A DNA stretch of 21,751 nucleotides from Thermodesulfobacteriota bacterium (GTDB lineage: Bacteria; Desulfobacterota; Desulfobulbia; Desulfobulbales; SURF-16), in the NCBI GenBank assembly GCA_039715015.1, contig JBDLIE010000045.1, forward strand, positions 1-21,751, read 5' to 3'. Of this stretch, positions 14,811 to 21,751 are shown piece by piece. The notes under the pieces were generated by a model that saw only the letters and a program-made list of their open reading frames with translations, did not search any database and was not told the DNA's origin. Each line of letters opens with the position of its first letter. Within the stretch, counting starts at the first letter, position 1. A program made the translations under genes and the position numbers.

Positions 14811-15902
14811 ATGCAACAGATACAGCCGCCCATACCCGCCGAATATCTTGAAGAAGATGAGAAAAATCTTATTGACCGCATCAAGGCCCGCAAGAAAGAG
14901 CTGGGCAGCCAGCTCCTGATTCTGGGTCATCACTACCAGCAAGAGGCCGTTTTTCAATGCGCCGACATGGCTGGTGACTCACTGAAGCTGGCCAGGCAGG
15001 CAGCAGAGGCCAAGGATGCCCGCTATATCGTTTTTTGTGGTGTTCATTTTATGGCTGAGTCGGCTGATATCCTCACCGATGCTGAACAGGCCGTTTTCCT
15101 GCCCCATCTTGAGGCGGGTTGCCCCATGGCCGACATGGCCACGGTTGCCGAGGTGGAACAGGCCTGGCAGGAACTGGCCGAGGTCTGTGATGTTGACAGG
15201 GTGGTGCCGGTGACCTATGTCAACTCGTCGGCGGCCATTAAGGCCTTTGTCGGTGAAAGGGGAGGTTCGGTCTGCACCTCGTCCAACGCTGAGCGCGTTT
15301 TGGCCTGGGCCCTGGAGAGGGGGGAGAAGATGTTTTTCTTTCCTGACGAACATCTGGGACGGAACTCTGCCAAGGCACTCGGGGTAAGTGATGATGAAAT
15401 CATCCTCTGGCAGCGCGGTAAACCGTTGGGCGGCAACAGCCCCGATCAGGTTCAAAAGGCCCGGGTTCTGCTCTGGGACGGTTTTTGCGAGATCCATATG
15501 GAGTTTGCCGTTGAACAGATTGAGCAGTGGCGTCAGAAGGAAGCGGGGATCCAGATCATTATCCATCCGGAGAGTAATTATGAGGCCGTGGCTGCCGCTG
15601 ACCAGTATGGCTCCACAGAAGCCATTATCGCCGCCGTTAAGAACTCCGCGCCCGGTTCGGTGTGGGCCATTGGCACTGAGGTCAATTTGGTGGATCGCCT
15701 GCGCGATCAGCATCCGGACAAAACCATCCACCTATTGGCACCCACATCCTGCTCTTGCACAACCATGGCCCTGGTCACTCCTGCCTCTTTGCTCTGGCTC
15801 CTTGATAATCTGGCCCAGGGCAATCTGGTCAATCAAATAAGGGTATCTCCGGCAATAGCCAAAGGCGCCAGGCTTGCCCTGGATCGAATGCTTGAAATAT
15901 AG
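14811..15902 (+). CDS. nadA: Quinolinate synthase NadA
   Basis: ILGHHYQ, GDSLKLA, VFCGVHFMAESADIL, and three Fe-S cysteines in AGCPMADMA, GFCEIH and SCTTM. Confidence 0.96.
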   Translation: MQQIQPPIPAEYLEEDEKNLIDRIKARKKELGSQLLILGHHYQQEAVFQCADMAGDSLKLARQAAEAKDARYIVFCGVHFMAESADILTDAEQAVFLPHLEAGCPMADMATVAEVEQAWQELAEVCDVDRVVPVTYVNSSAAIKAFVGERGGSVCTSSNAERVLAWALERGEKMFFFPDEHLGRNSAKALGVSDDEIILWQRGKPLGGNSPDQVQKARVLLWDGFCEIHMEFAVEQIEQWRQKEAGIQIIIHPESNYEAVAAADQYGSTEAIIAAVKNSAPGSVWAIGTEVNLVDRLRDQHPDKTIHLLAPTSCSCTTMALVTPASLLWLLDNLAQGNLVNQIRVSPAIAKGARLALDRMLEI

Positions 15903-15991
15903 GCCGGGATTGGTGTAAGATCCGCTGGGTTTTTGTCAGGATTCCAAGGCAGTACTGTGGGCTCCCTTCTTTAAAATAGGAAACAGAAAAC

Positions 15992-17830
15992 ATGTGTGGA
16001 ATTGTTGGATACGTTGGGCCCCGACGGGTTGTGCCCATCGTTCTTGAAGGATTGAAACATCTCGAATACCGCGGTTATGATTCAGCCGGTATTGTCTTTT
16101 TGGAAGAGGGCACCCTGCATAAATATCGCAGTGAAGGCAAACTTGCCAACCTTGAAGAGGTTATGGATGAGGTTGATACCAAGAGCCGCATCGGTCTTGG
16201 CCATACCCGCTGGGCAACCCATGGTCCTCCCTCTGAGAAAAATGCCCATCCGCATAGCGATTGCACCGGCGGCTTGGTGGTTGTCCATAACGGTATTATC
16301 GAAAACTACCAGAAGCTCCGTAAAGAGTTGCAGGCCAAAGGCCACACCTTCACGTCAGATACGGATACCGAGGTTCTGGCCCATCTTATTGAGGAACACC
16401 TGGAGGATGACTTGGTCGCCGCCATCAGCCAGGCCCTGCCAGAGGTGGAGGGCTCCTATGCCCTGGGCGTGATGTGGACCAAGGAGCCTGATACCCTGGT
16501 TGCCGTCCGTAACCAGAGTCCCCTGGTTCTGGGAGTCAAGGAAGGAGGCGGTTCTTTAATGGCCTCCGATATCCCGGCCCTTTTGCCCTCCACCAATCAG
16601 GTGATTTTTTTGGAGGATCATGACCTGGCTGTCCTGAGTAAGGATGGCGTGAAAATCATTTCCTTGAAAGATGGGGCGCCCCGTCAGCGTGAGATGCAGG
16701 AGATTCTCTGGAACGCGGGTATGGCCCAGAAGGCTGGCTATCGCCATTTCATGTTAAAGGAGATTTTTGAGCAGCCCCAGGCCATCCTAAACACCTTTCG
16801 GGGCCGGCTTGATCCGGAAAGCGGCCAGGTCAACCTGCCGGAGATCGGTCTTTCTGATCAGGAGATACAAAATTTTTCCCGCATTTCCCTGGTGGCCTGC
16901 GGGACCTCCTGGCATGCGGCTTTGGTGGCCAAGTACTGGCTGGAAAAATGGGTGGGCATTCCGGTGGAGGTGGATATCGCCTCCGAGTTTCGCTACCGCC
17001 GCCTGCTTTTAGGGCCTGATGTCATGGTGATTCCCATCTCCCAATCCGGTGAAACGGCAGATACCCTGGCTGGTCTGCGTTTGGCTAAAGAGCTGGGGGC
17101 CAAGGTCATTTCCATCTGTAATGTGGTGGGCAGTACCATTACCCGTGAATCGCACGGCACCATCTATACCCATGCCGGGCCGGAGATTGGGGTGGCCTCC
17201 ACTAAGGCCTTTACCAGTCAGCTCACCGCTTTTTTTCTCCTCACCCTCTATTTGGCCCAGGTCCGCAAAAGCGTTGAGGGGCCAACTTTGCAGGAGTTGG
17301 GGCGTGGCCTTCTTGATTTGCCGTCAGTCATTGAGCAGGAACTTCCCCGCCTCCATAAAGAGCTGGAGGTCCTGGCCGAGGAGTTTGTCCAATGCCGTGA
17401 TTTCCTCTATCTCGGCCGCGGGGTTAATTTTCCCATTGCCTTGGAAGGCGCACTGAAGCTTAAAGAAATTTCATATATTCATGCCGAAGGCTACGCCGCC
17501 GGCGAGCTTAAACATGGCCCCATTGCCCTTATTGATAAGGATATGCCGGTCCTGGCCCTGGTTCCCCCTGATCATGTCTACGGCAAGGTGGTTTCCAATG
17601 TCGAAGAGGTGAAGGCGCGTCATGGCCGCCTTATTTTGGTGGGTAGTGCCAGCGATGAACATCTTTCTACAGTTGCCGATGATCTCATTGTCCTGCCTGA
17701 TGTCCATCCAGAGATGAACCCCATTCTCTACTGCATCCCGCTCCAGGTGCTCTCCTATCACATCGCCCACCTGCGGGGCTGCGATGTCGACCAACCCCGG
17801 AATCTTGCCAAAAGCGTTACGGTTGAATAG
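15992..17830 (+). CDS. glmS: Glutamine--fructose-6-phosphate transaminase (isomerizing)
   Basis: MCGIVG, LEYRGYDSAG, GHTRWATHG, SQSGETADT, ELKHGPIAL, DQPRNLAKSVTVE. Confidence 0.98.
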   Translation: MCGIVGYVGPRRVVPIVLEGLKHLEYRGYDSAGIVFLEEGTLHKYRSEGKLANLEEVMDEVDTKSRIGLGHTRWATHGPPSEKNAHPHSDCTGGLVVVHNGIIENYQKLRKELQAKGHTFTSDTDTEVLAHLIEEHLEDDLVAAISQALPEVEGSYALGVMWTKEPDTLVAVRNQSPLVLGVKEGGGSLMASDIPALLPSTNQVIFLEDHDLAVLSKDGVKIISLKDGAPRQREMQEILWNAGMAQKAGYRHFMLKEIFEQPQAILNTFRGRLDPESGQVNLPEIGLSDQEIQNFSRISLVACGTSWHAALVAKYWLEKWVGIPVEVDIASEFRYRRLLLGPDVMVIPISQSGETADTLAGLRLAKELGAKVISICNVVGSTITRESHGTIYTHAGPEIGVASTKAFTSQLTAFFLLTLYLAQVRKSVEGPTLQELGRGLLDLPSVIEQELPRLHKELEVLAEEFVQCRDFLYLGRGVNFPIALEGALKLKEISYIHAEGYAAGELKHGPIALIDKDMPVLALVPPDHVYGKVVSNVEEVKARHGRLILVGSASDEHLSTVADDLIVLPDVHPEMNPILYCIPLQVLSYHIAHLRGCDVDQPRNLAKSVTVE

Positions 17831-17873
17831 GCCATGTAAGGGGTACAACTTGAAAAATAGGTAACTCCTGGGA

Positions 17874-17902
17874 TTGTCAGCTGAGCATGGGTGTACTATG
17901 AT
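17874..17902 (+). promoter_or_regulatory. Sigma70-type promoter for the ASKHA/RACo gene
   Basis: TTGTCA (17874-17879), 17-bp spacer, TATGAT (17897-17902). Confidence 0.55.
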
Positions 17903-17983
17903 CGCGACAGTTTCTTTGCGGCTTACAGCAGGAATGGTATCCTTTTGTGGCCGTTTACTTTATCTGAAATTTTGTGGGCTTCA

Positions 17984-19918
17984 ATGAGCAAAACAATCCA
18001 TTTTATTCCTGACAATGTGAAGGTCACCGTGGACGACGGCGAGAATCTTCTGGCCGCAGCGGCAAATGCCGGCGTCTATGTGCCAGCCTATTGCGGTGGT
18101 GATGGAGTCTGCGGCCGCTGCAAGGTACGCATTAAGGAAGGGGAGGTTGACTCCGATCCCAGCTCTATGCTCAAGGCCGATGACCATGCCCAGGGTTGGC
18201 GGCTGGCCTGCAAGAGTCAGGTCGTTACAGACCTCGTGGTGGAAATGCCGGAGGAAAAAGGACGGGACGGCAAGATTCATAAGCGCAAGCCCAAGACCAC
18301 CCGGGCCATTTCTGCCCGTTCCCTGGATGCCCTTATCGGTAAGTGGGAGGTTGATCCGCCGGTGGAAAAGCGTTTTCTGAAGCTGCCTGCCCCCACCATG
18401 GACGATAATATCTCTGACCTTCAGCGCCTGCTGCGCGGTATTAAAAAGGGTTGTTTCGACTGCGTGGAACCCACCTATGACCATCCCCAACTCCTTCAGG
18501 GACTGCCCTTTTCTCTGCGCGAGGCCAACTGGGAGGTAACTGTCATCCTTCTCCGCGGTAAACGGTCGGAGGAGCCCGATCGTATTATTGCTGTGGAGCC
18601 CGGTGACACCACCGGCCAGCTCTACGGTCTTGCCGTTGATATCGGCACCACCACAGTGGGTGGTTTGCTGATGGATCTTAACTCCGGCAAGGTGCTGGCC
18701 GAGGCTTCGGCCTATAACGCCCAGATAGCCTATGGCGAGGATGTCATCTCCCGGATTATCTATTCTCAACGCGGCGACGGCCTGAGAATCCTCCAGGAGA
18801 AGGTGGTTTACACCATCAATGAGATCATCGAGAAAGTATGCCGGGAGATGATCATCAGCCCCAGTGATATCAGCTATATCATGGCGGCCGGTAATACGGT
18901 GATGAGCCATCTCCTTCTCGGCATTGACCCGAAGTACCTGCGTGAGGCCCCTTACGTGCCCACCTGCAGTCAGTTTCCATTGACCCGGGCGGCCGACCTC
19001 GGCGTTTTGGCCCATCCCTCGGTGCGTCTCTTTCTCTATCCCTCTGTTGCCAGTTATGTGGGTGGTGATATTGTCTCTGGTGTTCATGCCTGCCAGATGC
19101 ACAAGAGTTCCAAACTCACCCTTTTTATCGATATAGGTACCAACGGCGAGATTGTCGTCGGCAACGAGGACTGGATGATGTGTTCAGCCTGCTCGGCCGG
19201 CCCAGCCTTTGAGGGGGGCGGTATTGAGTGCGGTATGCGGGCCTCCTCCGGCGCCATTGAAAATTTCCATATCAGTGCCGACACCTTTGAGCCGATGATT
19301 ATTACCATCGGCCGCACCAAACCCCGTGGCATCTGTGGCTCCGGCCTGATCTCCATTGTTTCCGAGCTTCTTGAGGCCGGTGTTGTTGATCAGCAGGGCA
19401 AGTTCAACCGCAAGATCGAGCATTCCCGGATCAGGGAGGGAGAGAGCGGCTACGAGTACGTCTTGGCCTGGGAGAAGGATACCTTGGTTGGCCATGATAT
19501 TGTCATCTCTGAGGTGGACATCGACAATCTCAACCGGGCCAAGGGAGCCATGTACGCCGGCTACCAGACGCTTCTCGAGTCGGTGGGCATGACCTTTGAC
19601 GATCTTGACCGGGTCATTCTGGCCGGAAATTTTGGGGCCTATATCGATCTGGAACGGGCCATCTGCATAGGCCTGCTGCCCGATGTTGACCGCGACAAAT
19701 TTTACTACCTGGGCAATGCCTCGCTTCTTGGGGCCCAAATCAGTCTCGATGACCATAAGCGTTTCCGGGAGCGGACCATGGTAAGCCAGCTTATCACCAA
19801 TATGGAGCTTGCTGAGAACACCGAATTCATGAACCATTACATGGCGGCCCTCTTTTTACCCCATACCGACATGAGTCTCTTCCCGTCGGTGAAAGAGAAG
19901 CTGGCCAAGGGAGACTGA
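17984..19918 (+). CDS. ASKHA-domain ATP-dependent reductive activator of corrinoid proteins (RACo/AcsV type) with an N-terminal 2Fe-2S ferredoxin domain
   Basis: CGGDGVCGRC...RLACK [2Fe-2S] motif, AVDIGTTT, YGEDVISRI, FIDIGTNGEIV, SAGPAFEGG, GICGSG, LAGNFG. Start set at ATG 17984 because the ferredoxin domain begins there and the GTG at 17891 lies inside the predicted promoter. Confidence 0.9.
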   Translation: MSKTIHFIPDNVKVTVDDGENLLAAAANAGVYVPAYCGGDGVCGRCKVRIKEGEVDSDPSSMLKADDHAQGWRLACKSQVVTDLVVEMPEEKGRDGKIHKRKPKTTRAISARSLDALIGKWEVDPPVEKRFLKLPAPTMDDNISDLQRLLRGIKKGCFDCVEPTYDHPQLLQGLPFSLREANWEVTVILLRGKRSEEPDRIIAVEPGDTTGQLYGLAVDIGTTTVGGLLMDLNSGKVLAEASAYNAQIAYGEDVISRIIYSQRGDGLRILQEKVVYTINEIIEKVCREMIISPSDISYIMAAGNTVMSHLLLGIDPKYLREAPYVPTCSQFPLTRAADLGVLAHPSVRLFLYPSVASYVGGDIVSGVHACQMHKSSKLTLFIDIGTNGEIVVGNEDWMMCSACSAGPAFEGGGIECGMRASSGAIENFHISADTFEPMIITIGRTKPRGICGSGLISIVSELLEAGVVDQQGKFNRKIEHSRIREGESGYEYVLAWEKDTLVGHDIVISEVDIDNLNRAKGAMYAGYQTLLESVGMTFDDLDRVILAGNFGAYIDLERAICIGLLPDVDRDKFYYLGNASLLGAQISLDDHKRFRERTMVSQLITNMELAENTEFMNHYMAALFLPHTDMSLFPSVKEKLAKGD

Positions 19919-20613
19919 TGGAGATCCGACCGGATCTTTCCATCTGCCTCTTGCCCGCACAGGATGGGGCTGATCTCAGCCCTTGTCTTGCAGCTCTCTT
20001 TGCCTGCAGCGATCCGCTCTCCCTGGAAGTTTTTTTGCCTCAGGGTGCCCGGTGCGGTGATTATCACGCTTCTCCCCATCTACATTTTCTTGATCTACCT
20101 CTTAATGCCGCCAATTTTTTTGTTAAAGAGGTGTGGCAGCGTGCCAGGGGCAGATATCTTGGCCTCTGGCATGGTGGGGTGATGGCCAGCCCTGCCTCCC
20201 TTTTCAGCCTGGTGGAATTTCTCGATGCTCATCCTGATGTGGCTGTGGCCGGACCCCGTTTTTTTAACGAGGCGGGGGATGTTCTTGCCACTGCCTTCCA
20301 GCGTACGATGCTCATCCCTGATTCTGTGATGCCGGGTTGGGATGGCCTGGCCACCATGGAGGTGGACTGGCTGAGCAGCGCAGCCTTAGTGGTCAACCGT
20401 CTCGCCCTTGAGGATATCCGTCTCCCCTGCTCAGGTCTGGGAGGCATATGGGAGCGCCGTCTCTGCCAGCGCTTCCAGCAGCAAGGCTGGCATATCTTCT
20501 TTGTCCACCTTGCCCGGGTGGTGAGCAGGGAAAGATTTTGTGAACCATCCACCTTGTGGCAGCGATTTATGGATGATTGGCTCCAGGTGGTATCGGATCC
20601 ATTTGGTAGGTAG
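19918..20613 (+). CDS. Degenerate family 2 glycosyltransferase-like protein (WbbL-like scaffold)
   Basis: Scaffold motifs PDLSI, ARGRY, FLDAHPDVAVAGPRFFNEAG, VDWLSSAALVV, LCQRFQQQGW are present, but the acidic catalytic motifs are replaced. TGATG overlap with the upstream gene. Confidence 0.7.
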   Translation: MEIRPDLSICLLPAQDGADLSPCLAALFACSDPLSLEVFLPQGARCGDYHASPHLHFLDLPLNAANFFVKEVWQRARGRYLGLWHGGVMASPASLFSLVEFLDAHPDVAVAGPRFFNEAGDVLATAFQRTMLIPDSVMPGWDGLATMEVDWLSSAALVVNRLALEDIRLPCSGLGGIWERRLCQRFQQQGWHIFFVHLARVVSRERFCEPSTLWQRFMDDWLQVVSDPFGR

Positions 20614-20670
20614 TTTTGCCGACAAATAAAGAGCGGAAAAGCACGCTAAATCAGTTTTTTGTTATATTTG

Positions 20671-20699
20671 TTGACAATAGAAGGGCAAAACGCTAATTT
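20671..20699 (+). promoter_or_regulatory. Sigma70-type promoter for acsE
   Basis: Perfect TTGACA (20671-20676), 17-bp spacer, TAATTT (20694-20699). Confidence 0.5.
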
Positions 20700-20826
20700 C
20701 GCTGTTTCGATGTTCTTTTATGGCCGGTGGAGCAATGACGACTACCTGCGAATATCGTCATAATCATACAAATTACTCGTTTTTAAAAAATAGCTATTAA
20801 TCAAAATAAAATCAGGAGAAGTTGGG

Positions 20827-21723
20827 ATGGGACAGGTAGTACTCGCGATTGCTGAAAGTATCAATATTATGGGAACGAGAAGTGGTAACGCCATGAAGGA
20901 ACGCATCCCTGGACCCATTCAGGAAATGGCCCGTGAGGAGTCTGCCGCCGGTGCTTCCTACCTTGACCTCAATATCGGCCCAGCCCGTAAAGATGGTACC
21001 GATCTTATGCCTTGGGTTGTAGAGACCATGGAAGCGGCCATTGACACGCCCCTTTGCCTTGATACCACCAATACCGATGCCATGGCAGCCGGTTTTAAGG
21101 TTATTAAAAACAAAGAAACTGCTATCATGAACTCCATCTCGGCCCAGCCGGAGAGAATGGAGAAGCTGATTCCTGTTGCTGCTGAGGCAGGCTGTAATGT
21201 CATTGCCCTGCTTTGGGGCCCTGACGGTATGCCCCGTGATTCCAACGAACGTGCCTCCATGTCCGTTGAGCTGCTTATGGCCCTTAATGAGGCCGGTATC
21301 CCCAATGAGCGCATTCTTTTTGATCCTATCGGCACTCCGATCACCCTGGGTTCCGATCAAATTATGTCCGGTCTGGCCTTTATGGAAATGCTCAAGGAAA
21401 TCGCCCCGGGCGCCGGTTCCACTGTTGGTCTGTCCAACGTTTCCAACGGTGTTGCCGAACATCTCCGCAAGCATCTTGATCGTACCTACCTGATCATGCT
21501 GATGAAGACCGGTATTACCACCGCCATTGTCAACTCCTATGATAAGGAGCTTATGGCCATCTGTAATGGCGAGCGTCAGTCTGACGTGGATATGGTCCAT
21601 GGCATGATGGACGGCAATGATCCTGACCCATCTGCCCTGTCCGGTGTTACCCTCGAGCATTATAAGACCTATAAGGCGCTTTCCGGCCAGACCATATTTA
21701 GTGAGTCCTGGCTAGAGTTATAG
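20827..21723 (+). CDS. acsE: Methyltetrahydrofolate:corrinoid/Fe-S protein methyltransferase (AcsE-type pterin-binding TIM barrel)
   Basis: IAESINIM, GASYLDLNIG, PLCLDTTN, MNSIS, ILFDP, VGLSNVSNG (AcsE/MetH folate-binding motifs). AGGAG SD. Close to the RACo-type gene. Confidence 0.82.
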   Translation: MGQVVLAIAESINIMGTRSGNAMKERIPGPIQEMAREESAAGASYLDLNIGPARKDGTDLMPWVVETMEAAIDTPLCLDTTNTDAMAAGFKVIKNKETAIMNSISAQPERMEKLIPVAAEAGCNVIALLWGPDGMPRDSNERASMSVELLMALNEAGIPNERILFDPIGTPITLGSDQIMSGLAFMEMLKEIAPGAGSTVGLSNVSNGVAEHLRKHLDRTYLIMLMKTGITTAIVNSYDKELMAICNGERQSDVDMVHGMMDGNDPDPSALSGVTLEHYKTYKALSGQTIFSESWLEL

Positions 21724-21751
21724 ACCTAGGCTCTTATAGTTTTTTTTTAAA

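Noticed and set aside
15903..15991. glmS ribozyme upstream of glmS
   Set aside because: Only 89 bp, and the conserved AGCGCC...GACGAG core is absent.
17831..17983. Cobalamin riboswitch upstream of the corrinoid activator
   Set aside because: No GGGAA or B12-box (GCCACTG...AGYCAG) motifs, and the predicted leader is only about 75 nt.
17981..21660. Long antisense ORFs (17981-19102, 19184-19837, 20812-21660; similarly 6576-7244, 10238-10918, 14979-15731)
   Set aside because: They shadow well-supported genes on the opposite strand, as expected from codon bias, and show no family motifs.
21715..21751. Terminator after acsE
   Set aside because: A T-run is present but the preceding stem is weak and the window ends here, so it cannot be supported.
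1..21751. CRISPR array, tRNA/rRNA, integrase or transposase, toxin-antitoxin or prophage genes
   Set aside because: No spaced direct repeats, cloverleaf signatures or matching ORFs seen. Nearly all sequence is accounted for by core genes.

Overview
Core chromosomal window (about 54% GC by eye), probably from a Desulfobacterota bacterium (Desulfobulbales-like; inferred from gene content only). The left half (1-11367, minus strand) is a flagellar rod/ring/hook-junction cluster: stand-alone FlhB-C-like gene, flgF-flgG-flgA-flgH, a 390-bp gap, flgI-flgJ(rod-binding only)-flgN-flgK-flgL-csrA(partial). It has two near-consensus sigma54 promoters and no flgM at its usual position. The right half (plus strand) carries sfsA-queC-nagZ, an HPF/RaiA-cold-shock fusion, nadA, glmS, and a corrinoid/Wood-Ljungdahl accessory block (RACo/AcsV-type ASKHA activator, a degenerate GT2-fold ORF, AcsE-type methyltransferase). 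Best leads: (1) enlarged FlgK and FlgL share a homologous flagellin-like insert (apparently one copy in FlgK, two in FlgL); (2) a 214-bp TA-flanked nested-palindromic MITE/REP-like element at the flgH stop codon; (3) a probably catalytically dead GT2 homologue translationally coupled to the corrinoid activator; (4) a multi-hairpin leader of about 160 nt before the HPF-CSD gene; (5) a readable sigma54 enhancer layout. No defence system, CRISPR, prophage, tRNA or rRNA is evident, and I cannot demonstrate a wholly new system from sequence alone. All alignments and folds were done by eye.
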